Source: Chiloscyllium plagiosum (Eukaryota). Taken from it: DNA of 64,000 nt. The stretch lies in contig NC_057719.1 of assembly GCF_004010195.1 (NCBI RefSeq), forward strand, positions 86,411,286 to 86,475,285, given 5' to 3'. The notes under the pieces were generated by a model, which was not told the origin of the DNA, ran no database searches, and was given only the letters and a program-made list of their open reading frames with translations. Every line of letters starts with the position of its first letter. Within the stretch, counting starts at the first letter, position 1. Of the stretch, positions 1 to 13,400 are shown in pieces. The position numbers were made by a program, and so were the translations under genes.

Positions 1-850
1 TATAACTCTCCATCGCCCCAATTGAACCTTCACGCCACATCTTTACATTGGCCGCCCTCTTCCATTTAACAAGGGATTCCAATTCCTTATTAAACCATGG
101 CTCCCTCACACGACCCTTTCCTCCCTGCCTGGTTGGTATATACTTATCAAGGACACTCAATAGTTGTTCCTTGAACAAGCTCCACATATCAATTACACCC
201 TTGCCTTGAAGCTTACTTTTCGAGGCCACACATCCTAAGTCATGCCTCACAGCATCATAATTTCCCTGCCCCCATCTATAACTCTTGCCCTGTAGTGCAT
301 ACTTATCCCTCTCCATCACTAGAGTAAAGGTCACTGAATTGTGGTCACTGTCCCCAAAGTGCTCACCTACCTCTAATTCTAACACCTGGCCTGGTTCATT
401 ACCCAGAACCAAATCCAGTATGGCCTCACCTCTTGTTGGCCTATCTACATATTGTGTCAGGAAACCCTCCTGCACACATTGGACAAACACTGACCCATCT
501 AATGAACTTGAGCTATAGCTTTCCCAATCAATATCAGGAAAGTTAAAGCCCCCATAACAACCATCTTATTACTTTCACTCTTGTCTTGAATCATCCTCGC
601 AATCCTTTCTTCTACGTTTCTAGGACTGTTAGGAGGCCTGTAAAAAACTCCTAACTGGGTGAGCTCACCTTTCCTATTCCTAACTTCAGCCCAAACTACC
701 TCAGATGGCGAGTCTTCATCCATCGTCCTTTCCACAGCTGTAATACTATCTTTGACAAGCAATGCCACACCTCCCCCTCTTTTACCCCCACCTCTGACCC
801 TACTAAAACATTTAAACCCTGGAACCTGCAACAGCCAATCCTGTCCCTGT
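1..850 (-). mobile_element. CR1-type LINE fragment, ORF2 APE endonuclease region
   Basis: ORF 499-831(-) contains GGGVALLVK, EVVWAEVRN and GVFYRPPNS, typical of CR1 endonuclease. Confidence 0.9.
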
Positions 851-1418
851 TTCTACATTGACATCTACATGTGAAGACGGTTCTCGACTTCGTATTCTCC
901 TTGATTAGAATAGAAAGGACTCAAATTTGAGCCTCGACCAACAGCTGAAATGTCTCTCCCTTCTACCCATCACCAGCAACAGTGGTGGTGTTCCTTGGCC
1001 AGGAGAATTGAGTTCAAGTCCCATCTGTTCCTGAGGTGTGTAATAGCACCTGTGTGGTCACTGTCCCCAATCAACTATGTTGATTCCAGTGAACAACGAA
1101 GAACCGTTCTCTCCAGAAGGAATTCCGATCAGAAAAACTGCTACAGGGCACTCGTAATTTTCTCAGTGTAACATGGCCATTTCCACAGAAACTGCTTGAT
1201 TGTTTTTGTAAACATACCACGCTGGTTCGGTCAGTGACGACACTTCGACTGTCAGAAAATCAGAAGCACTGCCATGGACAGCGCGGGCGAGCGGTTGGGG
1301 GGGGGGTCATGGGACAAAGCGCCTGCTCACTTGTGCCAACGGTAGCGCGCGTGCGCCCGAGCAGCTGATCGGAGTTTGTTTCACTGGCCGTTCTGTGCGG
1401 GCGGTCTATGTCGCCGAG

Positions 1419-1491
1419 ATGCACGACGCGTACGAGTCGGTGCCGATTTTGGAGAAGCTGCCGTTGCAAATCGATTGCATAGCGGCCTGGG
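1419..1491 (+). CDS. VPS39: VPS39 coding exon 1 (MHDAYESVPILEKLPLQIDCIAAW-)
   Basis: ATG at 1419 in gagATGc context; donor G|gtaagg at 1491/1492; phase 1. Confidence 0.96.
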
Positions 1492-4400
1492 GTAAGGGCG
1501 ATTTATATATATATATATATATATGTACGTGTTGCGACCATACGTATGGCGACGCGGGCGGATGCTATGGCTTAACGGAGGAAAGGCGAGTGGATTCCGG
1601 GCTCATGGAGCCAGGTCTTTTTCGAGATGCCGAGGTTGAAAGATGACATTGGAGGACCGTCGTTTACAAACCAATAAACGATCGTAAACCACCAAAAACT
1701 GGGTTTATATCTCGGGGGGAGGGGCTCGGGGAAGTTTTTGTCGCCGATTGATGACATCAGTATCCAGCCCACAATTGAAGTGAGACATCGAAACGGTGGT
1801 GGTTTAACATATTTTTCAACTTGGAAAGAGCCTATTTTATAGTTCATTTTGAAACACACGAGTAATTTGGCCTGTTTTTCACTTTCTTTTTAGTTTCAAA
1901 TCTTAGATCTCTGCAGGGCGATGTGTTTTTCCATTTTTATACATTATCTTTCGTCGTAACAATGTTTGTCAGTTGTAAGAAAACACTGAAAACATCGACT
2001 ATTCCTGTTCAGTAGCTGTATACTTATCCTGTACTCGAATAAATCGTTAGTTATTGATGTACACAGATGGATCACCCAAATATCCTGAAGAGCTTTGCTT
2101 GCACCGATTTGTTTGGAGATGAAGTCATGTTTACCCAAACAAATAAAGCAATATCCCACAAATAGTGGGTGGTGAGCTGATCAAGTTACTCGTGTATCAG
2201 CCTTGATCAGCCAAGATGTGGCAGCATTGCAGTGCGGCCTGGAAAGGGAATAGAAACTCATCTAGTCAAGTTTGATGTCAGATGGCTCATTAAATAGTCT
2301 AGGTGAGAGTAGAGTTGCAAAAGGATATTGATGCATTAAATGAGTAGACAAACTGTGCCAGATGGAATCCATTGTTGGAAACTGGGATTTTCCTCTTTGA
2401 ACCTAACAAGATAGTTCATAAATAGTCATAGGGGATCTACAGCACTGAAAAAGGTCATTTAGCCCATCACTTCCATGCCCTGCACTTGGCTCCAAGCCTT
2501 GTATGCCTTTGCATTGCACATCTATATACCTCTGAAATGTCATGTGGGTTTCTGCCTCTGCCACCCTTGCAGGCAATGAGTTCCAGATTTCCATAACCCT
2601 CTGGGTGAAAACCTCTTTCTTCACATCTCCTCCTAAACGTTCTGGCCTTTACCTTAAATCTACACCCCGATCCTTTCGTCAAGGGAGAAAATTGTTTCTT
2701 CCTGTCTACTCGATCAGTGCCCCTCAATTTTGTACATCTCAGTCACTCTAAGACAAAGAACCCGAGTTTATGTAATCTCTCTTTTTAAAATCTCCAGCCC
2801 AAGCAACATCTTGGTAAATATCCTCGGCACCCTCTCTAGTGCTATCGCATTCCTTGCAATAATCCCTTGCAATCTTAAATAGTAAGAAACTGTGACCATT
2901 CAGCTACAGAGGAAATTAAGGGTTCATGTAAAGTTATAGAAAAATTAAAAAATTCAATAGGCTTGATACAAAATGACTGAAATTATGCTAGTTTTTTTTT
3001 CAAGCTTTGGTTAAGTACAGTTCTCAACTCTGGCACTGCAGCCCAGAATGGATACATTGAATTTGGAACAGTACTGTGTAAATTCAATTAGAGCAATTGA
3101 TATAAGAGAAAGGATGAAGATACATAGAGTACACTTGTTTTTCCTTTTGATTAAAAGTAATTAAATTGAGGTGTTAAAAATGTTTAAAAGGACTTGAAAT
3201 ACCATCGATGATCACTTTCCCATATCAGCAACACCCACACTTTCCTTTTAGGTCCCAATTTTATTTCCCATATCTGTATCTGAAAAGAAACTACCCACCA
3301 GTTCACTTGCAACTGCATTTTAAAAAACTCAACAGTCCAGCCTTGACACTGCATTCACCACAATTTCTGCAGCTACTGATTTGCCCTATCACGCCTCCGC
3401 CTCCATCTTAGATGTCTTTGCGCCAATAAAATAATTATTCTCTCATACCCTGTATGTTCCTGGCAGACCTGTCATCTCTGCTCCCTAAAGTCTAACAGAA
3501 TGCAGGCTTGAATGCATGTGATGAACAGCTAGTTTACCCATCTACTTGACGATGTAAAAATGCTATTTGATCCTGTTTTTGCCTGCAAATAACAGTCACT
3601 ATTCCAAAATCTCACTGGAATGCAAAAGTAAGTGATCTTTCTATTCTGCAAATCATTGTTTTTAACACCTTTCCTCGTCTCCTCTGCCTTCATGACAAGG
3701 TACTCATGGAGATTTTTGTCACTAAGGTCAACACCATCTGATCAACTACCAACTGACTTTCACTTCTATGAGTCCATGAACCTAAACTTCCTCCCCTCAC
3801 CACATCCTTGAAGTTACTTTTCTTCAGTGTATTTCCTACTTTCCCTCAAAGTCACTGAGTTCACTTTGCCGATGAGGCTCAACTCCTACCCCAATAACCT
3901 GCTAACAGGCACCTTCTTCTGGCACCATGAATTGTTCACTTTTCAAGTGTCTTCCTCTCATTTTAATCTGTAGTTGTTGTTGCTCTCTTTTAAATAAAGA
4001 CCCCGTTATCCTTGTAACTAACTGTCTATTTCCAATCTCCTTTTCTTCTCTAAAATTCTTAAATATTGATGCCTCCTAAATCTTCACCCATTCTTCCAGA
4101 ATTCTAGTTTCAAATCCATCCAATCAGGTTTCTGCAACTGAAATCATTCTTAACAGAAGCAGATTTGTGACTGAAAGTGGTAAATTTACCCTCCCATCCT
4201 TCTCAATTACTCAGCAACCTTTGATATTGTTGACTACACCATCCTCTTTGCATATCTCCTTCCCTGTCAGTCAGCTGGATGGGATTGCTCTCGCTTTGTT
4301 CCACTCATATAGCTAATTATAATCAGAGTATCACTTGCAATGGCTTCTCTCTTACTACCATATCAATCTATTTGTTGTTCCCTGAGGATCTATCTTTGCA

Positions 4401-7400
4401 CCTCTCCCATTTCTCATCTACATGTTGCCCTTCATTAACATCGTCTGAAATCGTGGTATTAGTTTTCACATACACATTTACAACTTTTGACTCCACCTCC
4501 AACACACTTATTCTGCTATAACGCACGTTTCGTCAGTGAAATTGGCTATAACGTGATTAAAGAATTGACGATCTTGTTTGGACAATGCAAACCCGTTCTG
4601 CAGAACGGGTATAGCGGTTTTTCTATTAGAAAATCATGTTGTAGACAATTGCTATTGTGGTTACCCATAATGCAATTTTCTATAATGAGAGGTTGCAGAA
4701 GAACGCAGCTGCCATGTTATAGCAGAGCAACCTATAATGTTGCTATATTATTAGTTTGAATATACTACATCCTGTACTGGATGACCAGATTTTTCATCCA
4801 ATTAAATATTGGGAAGACTGAAGCCGTTGATTTCAGTTCTTGACTTGAATCTAGCAGCTTCCCTTTTGACATCAACAGCATTAGCATCACTGGGTCACCT
4901 ACCATTTACGTTCTGGTAGTTCAGATAAGCAAGAAGTTCTAAATAAATACTATGGCTACAAGGGTATGTTAGACTGGTTATTCTGCAAACAACTCACCTC
5001 CTGACTCCCCAAAACCTTTACAAGATTAGGAAAGTGTAAGTCCTGAAGTGTGATTAAGTATATGAGACTTCAGTATGAATCTTGAAATCGTGTTGTTCTG
5101 ACAAACCAGCAAAAGTGGTAAAAATGAGCCACGAATGAGAATTGTGAAAAATCTCCCAGAAGGAAATTACGAATGGCCAAATGCTTTTTTTCATTACTGA
5201 CATATGAAAGTCTCTGGAAAGACATGCATTTATTTGTCCATCCTTAGTTGCCTTTGAATGATGAATGATGCATAAATAATGAAATTTATTGTGACTTTGT
5301 GAAATTTTCACACTGAGTCTATTTGCACTTCAAAACTAGTGACAAAATTATAAATTCTGTCCTTTGTGGTTTTTATTCAGAATAGTTTTACTGTATATGT
5401 CTGTACGTACTGATTGTGATAGACATAATTTGAGTGCATGAACTTAGAATATTAGGCAAAGAGAAGTGAACAAAAACAAAAACAGAAATTGCTGGAAAAG
5501 CTCAGCAGGTCTGGCAGTATCATGTGCAGAGAAATTCGGGTAACCCTTTCACAAAACTGAACGACATTGGAAGTAAAGGATTAGTACTTGTCTTTTTTTT
5601 GTAGTTTGTGGCCAAAAAGCTACAAATGCTCTATCTCTGTGAAGCGGCTGACTCAAACCCAGCGTTCATGGAAACTTTTGGGTTTTGCGCAATTGTGCTA
5701 TTTAGAGGGAGCATTTCTCATTCACTAAATGTAGGACTGTATGACTCTGTGTACTATAACAATGATCCTTTGCAACAGCGTACCTGTAAGTGAGCATTTC
5801 AGGACTGAAGTTTCCTGTAGACTATGATGATGGTTTTTCAAATACTTTGTAACTTCATACTCTTAATCTAAAACTCAACCTTATTATATCCATTTATTTC
5901 CACCATAGAGGATAGACTTCTTGTTGGCACTAAGCCAGGACATCTTCTCCTGTATAGGATCAAGAAGGAATTAGGTGAGTAGATTATTCAGTCTTAGATA
6001 AACAATATAGTGCAAGATTTTCTGATTGCTGTAAAATGAGGGATAGAAGACGTGAGCAAACCTATTGCAATATTTCAACCTTTTCCACTAAGACTATTCC
6101 TTTTACAAATCTCTTGATTTGTAACTTACAAACACAAGGAAAGCATTAGTTAAAATAAAATGTCATTGCCAGATGCACTTAAGTAAGGCAGTCTGAGCCA
6201 AATTGTGTTGCAAATTGTTTGTGGCTGCAATTTTTCACTCATCATTCCTAAAGTATGAATGTGATCACAGCAGGAAATAGGAGTGATACCATGGAAAAAT
6301 AAATTGAACTTCAGTGATAGCTCCTGCCACAGAGTAAAGCTGATTTTTGTCATACCCAAAATGTATGTGTAATGTATGTTTGTAATCATTCCTATTGTAT
6401 TCAAAAGTTTGTACCTTCCATAACATCACTTGGAGGAATAGAGATCCAAAATGGAATATCGCCAATGTAATTTTTATTTTAAAATAGTAATGAAGACTTC
6501 AGAATTGAATGTGGTTCCCACAATTTCTCTTAATTTATCGTTTCAAGTTGTCTACTCCTTCCACCATTACTGATTTGTAACAGTCAGTAGTGCACCCTTA
6601 TTTTACGTTGTTTAAAATATCTGTCTAGACACACAGATCACAAAGATAAATCTTCAGTAATGCAGCAGTTTGAAGAGCGTATTAAGAGAATTCCATAACG
6701 TAACTGTTAAAGTTTATTGAAATTCAGGCGACGGTGTTAATTCTATATGTAAAAGAAAAACAGAAGGGTGGAGTTGCGCATTTAGTTACAATTTGTGTGG
6801 TTTTGAAAGAAGTCAATTAAATGCAATTTCCATTTTGCACTTGGTTATATAAATATTGAGTGAATCCCACAAAATAAAAACACAATAAAAAATATAGGAA
6901 CTCCAGATCTGCTTGTTCATTGTCCCGAACCTAAATTATTGATACAGTGACAAAATTGGAGGTAGACCTTAAAAATGTACATATATCTAGAGAGCTGAAA
7001 ATTATTACTGGCATTGAATTATGTAAATATTTGAAATATCGTGGGCGGCACTGCTGCCTCACAGTGCCAGAGACCCGGGTTCAATTCCCGCCTCAGGCGA
7101 CTGACTGTCTGGAGTTTGCACATTCTCCCCGTATCTGCGTGGGTTTCCTCCAGGTGCTCTGGTTTCCTCCCACAGTCCAAAGATGTGCAGGTCAGGTGAA
7201 TTGGCCATGCTAAATTGACCGTAGTGTTAGGTAAGGGGTAAATGTAGGGGTATGGGTGGTTTGCACTTCGGCGGGTCGGTGTGGACTTGTTGGGCCGAAG
7301 GGCCTGTTTCCACACTGTAAATTAATCTAATCTAAATCTAATCATTTGTTGCATAAGTCATCATTTTTCCTTTCTTTAAACAGGTAGCAACAGATTTGAA

Positions 7401-10400
7401 GTCTTATTAGAAAAGTCTAACAAGAACTTTTCAAAGAAAATTCAGCAGGTATGTGTGGCAGCCTTAATTAAATACTTTCCAAGAGGCGATGGTGGTGTTT
7501 GTGGAGCTAGTAAGATTGAACATATCTTAATGTATCAGTTAGATTATTCTATGTTTTCCTCTTCAATTCTTCTCGGAGAAAGTGAGGACTGCAGATGCTG
7601 GAGATCAGAGCTGAAAATGTGTTGCTGGAAAAGCACAGCAGGTCAGGCAGCATCCAAGGAGCAGGAGAATCGACGTTTCGGGCATGAGCCCTTCTTCAGG
7701 AAGGGCTCATGCCCGAAACGTCGATTCTCCTGCTCCTTGGATGCTGCCTGACCTGCTGTGCTTTTCCAGCAACACATTTTCAACTCTTCAATTCTTTGCC
7801 TTCTGTCTGAAAATAGTTTTTTTACAGTGGTGTATTTATCCACTTGCACTATCTAGACGACTTGTCACTTATGTAAGAAGGTACCAGATAATTTCGATTA
7901 TAAGTGGAAAAGAAGGTACATGTCTTAATTCAGTGCTGTAATAGAATTTTCTTGAGGTTTCACACCTAGTGATCATTCGTGTGAATCATGGCAGTGAGTA
8001 GATATACAATTCCTGTAATGTGGAAGCAGGCCATTTGGCCCATCAAGTCTTCACTGACCCTTTAAAGAGCCTCCCAGACCCACCCCCGTACCCGATCCAC
8101 ATAATCCTGCATTTCCATGGCTGATCCACCTAGCCTATATATTGCTGGAGACTGGGCAATTTAGCATGGCCAATCCACCTAACCTGCACATACTTGAACT
8201 GTGGGAGTAAACCAGAACACCCAGACGAAACCTTCGCAGACACAGGGAGAATGTGCAAACTCCACACAGACAGTCGCCCGAGGGTGGAGTTGAACCCAGG
8301 TCCCAGGTGATGAGGCAGCAGTGCTAACCACTGAGCTATGGTGCCAAGTACCAGTGGACTACTTAATATTGGATGGGAAGGGACTACACTCCATAGCAAA
8401 GGCTGCTGCTGTTTTTGCTCAGGTAATACACACTCCTTTCCAGTTGACTGTGACTAGGGACAATTGAGTTTCTTCTCCTGGCTTAGAACATGAAGGGCAC
8501 TTATCTCTATTCTACCTCAGATTAGTTAAATTAGCTTAGATTTAAGAGTCTCAGCTCAGATCTTCCTAGTGTGTATGGCCAAGCCACTCATTGGACAAAC
8601 CTAGTAACGATATTGAGAGAACCTGTGTTTTTAGTTTGATAACACTGCAAAGTATATTGGACTTGCATTCAGTTTAATAATTAAGCAATGTTGTCAGTAA
8701 AATCAGCTCAAGGTACCTTTAATTCTGATACTTACTAAGAAATCTCACAGACGATCGAATTCTGAAACAATAATTTAAACTTTATTGCATGTTGCAACCA
8801 AAATAAGGGCCCACAACTCAACTTGGTTATTACCCGATTTAATGGGAGAATTTAGCTATGATTCCAACCAACACTGTCTTCCTTTGGAAGTGTTCAGGGT
8901 TCGATCCTTGTGCAATGTTCTTCAAAATTCTGCTAAAGACGGGCTCTGAAGTTAAATTCTTATACAGTTTTTTTTGTCATTCACATCTATGATAATATTG
9001 TTGATGAATCTGGAGGATCATCCAAATTAGTCCTCTGAGCCCATCAAGATTCTGCAGCTCACCTTTTTAACAGAAGTAGCTTCCCTACTCCTCCTCACAT
9101 TTGGCATTGACGATCGGTTTGAAGACCCAGCTTTTCTGTAATTTAACTTCTTAAATGATTGCCCTGCAGAAGAATTTATCCTTGTGGTGTAAAGTAGCCT
9201 GTTATCAAGCAAATGTCAAAACAGTTTATTCAAGTAGCTTTGATTCCTCCTCCTCTTTCCAAATGTAGTTAATTACTTTCAATCCTGTGTAACTTTTGTC
9301 CTTGTCCCTTCATAGTTTATTCGAGACAAAGTTATTGCGGCTCCTTTCCATGTGTAACAACTTCTTTGTTGACTCTTTCAATCCATGATCGGTTCTGAGT
9401 TTTATAATATCACAGTAAAAATTGACCTATGCCAGTTGTAACATATTGGCCAGTACACTTCCTGACACCATGATTGAATTGTCCTTGTGATTTATTTTAA
9501 TTCACATCCTAAATCTTCCTAAAAGGTGCTGTGTTGTCATCAAAAATAAATCTGCTGACTGTTAGAAATGAAATCTTGCCTTCCCTCTTTACCTGATGAA
9601 GTCTTCAAGCATTCTTGACGCAGAGCTTATTCCTAAAACGTCAATTTCTCCTCCTTGGATGCTGCCTGGCCTGCTGCGCCTTTCCAGCGCCACATTTTTC
9701 GACTCTGATCTCCAGCGTCTGCAGTTCTCACTTTCTCCTTCCCTCTTTACCTGAGGAATCATGAAGGAGTAATGTTGAACAAGAATTGCGTTTTGAGTTT
9801 GTGATTTGGAGCTTGCAAACCAATCTTCCAAAACTCAAATTTGAAAATTATTATCCTTCTGTTCAAATCCCTCCATGGCCTCCCCTTCTCTTTAAAGTGA
9901 CTGTTGCAGCCCTTTAAAAGTTTTACCTTTCTCTCAGTCTAGCATTGTACAACCCCACTTCCTCTTTTCACTATTGGTGCCCATTTCTTCAGCTGAAATT
10001 ATTTCTTCCCTTTTAAAATACAGCTTGACATTGACTTCTTTTACCAAATTCTATTCTAATATTTCCTTCAGTTTGGTGCCAGTTGTTATAGGATGAAATT
10101 TTTAAAAAGCTATTTAAAAATAATGCAAATTGCTTTTGATCCCCAAGGTTTGGGCAAGTTTAATTTATCTATGCACCTTTTTAATAGTGGGGCTTCCCAA
10201 TAGAAAGATTGTTATTTTCCTCTTGTTTGACTTGGGAATTGATGGCTATGTTGTTCCTTCATTACTTCCGCCTTGCATTGAGTTACCATTGAGTTACAAT
10301 TTCAGAAATTAGATATGGTTGTTGATTTTTGTTATATATCTCTCATTCAATCTTTCAAGTAGATGTTGGTTGGCTACCAAATTCCATCAGGTATTGATCC

Positions 10401-13400
10401 ACATATGAGCGGTAGCATTGGTATGGAGGAAGTTATGAAGCAAAATGGTATTGAGCTTAAAGTCAGATCAAGAGCCAGTAATTTCTGAGGACTCATAAAC
10501 AGAAAACTACCTGCTTTTATCATCCTGTACTCTGAGTGAAAGTTTGCTTTTACTCCTGTACCTTTTGTGAGACTGTGTTCTCCAAAATGAGGGTAATCAA
10601 GGCTCTTAGTCATGCCATTGTTGCTCTGTTGAAACAGTTGTTGACTTCATTCACTGCCACTGTAACCGTCAAACAGACCACATTTTTGGAGTGTAAATTA
10701 GAATGGAAGTTGGACTGCTATATAACTGAATTAATAAGGAGAGTTTTGCAACTTGGAAAAATCAAGTGGTAGACGCTTTTAGCTGTGCAGATAACGTTTT
10801 TGGAGCAGTATGGGTATTACATTTTAAGGTTAATAGTACTAGGAGTTTTTCAGTTAAGGAAAAACTGACTGACAATGGCCTTCCTGTTTGGTGTTCAGCA
10901 GGTTTTTTTTGTAGAACTTTTGCAGAGCAGCAAAAGACGTCAAGAGACAGCAAATAGAAAACTCTTTCTCGGAAATCGCTCTGTATGTGTGTGTCCTCCT
11001 CCCTCTCTCCTTCTCTCCGACTTAGAATGCTCTACACTCATGCACACACATATTCACTCTCTCTCTCAGACACCCACAACCCCCCAACCCAGACAGACAG
11101 GCAGACACACGCACAGACACAAAAATCGACATGCACACATGTACGTATATTTTGTGGGGTGAATTTGTACTTGCAGAGTTACATTGTGTTTTGTTCAAAA
11201 ACTGCATCAATTCATGTAGAAAACCGTTATCTCACTTTTTAGATTAGAATCAATCTAAACATCATGGCATAGACAGAGAACACAGGGGGCTAACACCTTC
11301 AACGTATTATCTAGCTCACACCAATTTTTACAGTTAAGCTGAGAATGCAACTTTTAAACAAAGGTTTTGTCATTTATACATGAAAGAAGTGAAACTATCA
11401 TGGTATTCGAACAGTTGAAAGACTCAACAGAAAATCAAGGTATTTTTCAATGTATAATTTCAGTTACATCACACTGTACATTTTTGCTATAAATTCTGTG
11501 CCTTACAATTGTGTCCTCCACAACCACCTGATGAAGGAGCGATGCTCCAAAAGCTAGTGTGCTTCCAATTAAACCTGTTGGACTATAAGCTGGTGTTGTG
11601 CGATTTTTAATTGTGAATATGTGTGTGTGTGTATTTGGAGTTTTAAGGAGTATAGGTTGAGTTGCATAATTATGGATTTGTAATCATTTCTCTGCCATTT
11701 GTTAAAAGTTATCTGTTTACTATAAACAGTTAATTTCTTTTAAAGAGACAATCTGTCAGTTGAATTTGTCCAGGATTGCAGTCACTCTGACAAATTTGTT
11801 GCCTTGTTGGTTTAGTAGAGTGTTTACATGTTTCTGACAACTTGTGAAATAGTGGGAATCAATTCTTGCTGCTTACTTCACAGTTTAGTCATAACAATAG
11901 CAAGGTTAATGATTATGCTCATAACTTAAATGCACACTCAGTCCATTTCCTTGTCTCATTGTATGGAAGACCTTGTCACATCAGTTATAGTGGTATTTGT
12001 GGTGAATGAGCTGGAAATGTGTTGCTGGAAAAGCGCAGCAGGTCAGGCAGCATCCAGGGAACAGGAGAATCGACGTTTCGGGCATAAGCCCTTCTTCAGG
12101 AATGGGGAAAGTTTGTCCAGCAGGCTAAGATAAAAGGTAGGGAGGAGGGACTTGGGGGAGGGGCGTCGAAAATGTGATAGGTGGAAAGAGGTCAAGGTGA
12201 GGGTGATAGATCAGACTGGGGTGGGGGCGGAGAGGGCGGGAAGAAGATNNNNNNNNNNNNNNNNNNNNNNNNNNNNNNNNNNNNNNNNNNNNNNNNNNNN
12301 NNNNNNNNNNNNNNNNNNNNNNNNNNNNNNNNNNNNNNNNNNNNNNNNNNNNNNNNNNNNNNNNNNNNNNNNNNNNNNNNNNNNNNNNNNNNNNNNNNNN
12401 NNNNNNNNNNNNNNNNNNNNNNNNNNNNNNNNNNNNNNNNNNNNNNNNNNNNNNNNNNNNNNNNNNNNNNNNNNNNNNNNNNNNNNNNNNNNNNNNNNNN
12501 NNNNNNNNNNNNNNNNNNNNNNNNNNNNNNNNNNNNNNNNNNNNNNNNNNNNNNNNNNNNNNNNNNNNNNNNNNNNNNNNNNNNNNNNNNNNNNNNNNNN
12601 NNNNNNNNNNNNNNNNNNNNNNNNNNNNNNNNNNNNNNNNNNNNNNNNNNNNNNNNNNNNNNNNNNNNNNNNNNNNNNNNNNNNNNNNNNNNNNNNNNNN
12701 NNNNNNNNNGGATCGGGAAGTGGGAGAGATGCGGTGGAGGGCATCGTCGACCACGTCGGGGGTGAAATTGCGGTCCTTGAAGAAGGAGGCCATCTGTGTT
12801 GTGCGTTTTTGGAACTGGTCCTCCTGGGATCAGATGCGGCGGAGTCGAAGGAATTGGGAGAATGGGATTGCGTTTTTACAGGGGGCAGGATGGGAGGAGG
12901 TGTAGTCCAGGTAGCTGTGGGAGTCGATCGGTTTTTAGTAGATGTCTGTGTTGATTCGGTCGCCTGAGATAGAAATAGAAAGGTCGAGGAAGGGGAGGGA
13001 GGAATCTGAGACTGTCCAGGTGAATTTGAGGTCGGGGTGGAAGGTGTTGGTGAAGTGGATGAACTGTTCAACCTCCTCGTGGGAGCACGAGGCGGCGCCG
13101 ATACAGTCATCGATGTAGCGGAGGAAAAGGTGGGGGGTGGGGCCAGTGTAGTTGCGGAAGATGGATTGTTCCACATATCCTACGAAGAGGCAGGCAGAGC
13201 TGGGGCCCATGCGGGTGCCCATGGCTTCTCCTTTCGTTTGGAGGAAGTGGGAGGGTTGGAAAGAGAAGTTGTTCAAGGTGAGGACCAGTTCAGTCAGTCG
13301 AAGGAGGGTGTCAGTGGAAGGGTACTGGTCGGTACGGTGGGAAAGAAACAAGCGGAGGGCTTTGAGTCCTTCGTGATGGGGGATGGAGGTGTACAGGGAC

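Larger units (their letters stand above)
1200..1760 (+). promoter_or_regulatory. CpG-rich promoter / first-exon island of VPS39
   Basis: Dense CG dinucleotides (cgcgggcgagcg, gcgcgcgtgcgcccg, cgacgcgggcg) around the ATG against a CpG-poor background. The TSS cannot be determined from sequence. Confidence 0.75.

Noticed and set aside
5975..7383. A short alternative exon in intron 2 like the one I recall in a longer mammalian VPS39 isoform
   Set aside because: No frame-preserving AG...GT segment with a similar peptide was found by eye. The ccag-ATGCACTTAA-gtaag candidate near 6172 is 10 nt and would shift the frame.
7575..7786. DNA-transposon MITE interpretation of the palindromes
   Set aside because: The arms match the pLTR attached to an RT-coding PLE at 12008. 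The TSDs are long and variable and the tail is one-sided, which fits retrotransposition.
12125..13176. Long ORFs of 194-321 aa in the ORF track
   Set aside because: They are artefacts of reading through the N gap plus alternative frames of the GC-rich PLE.
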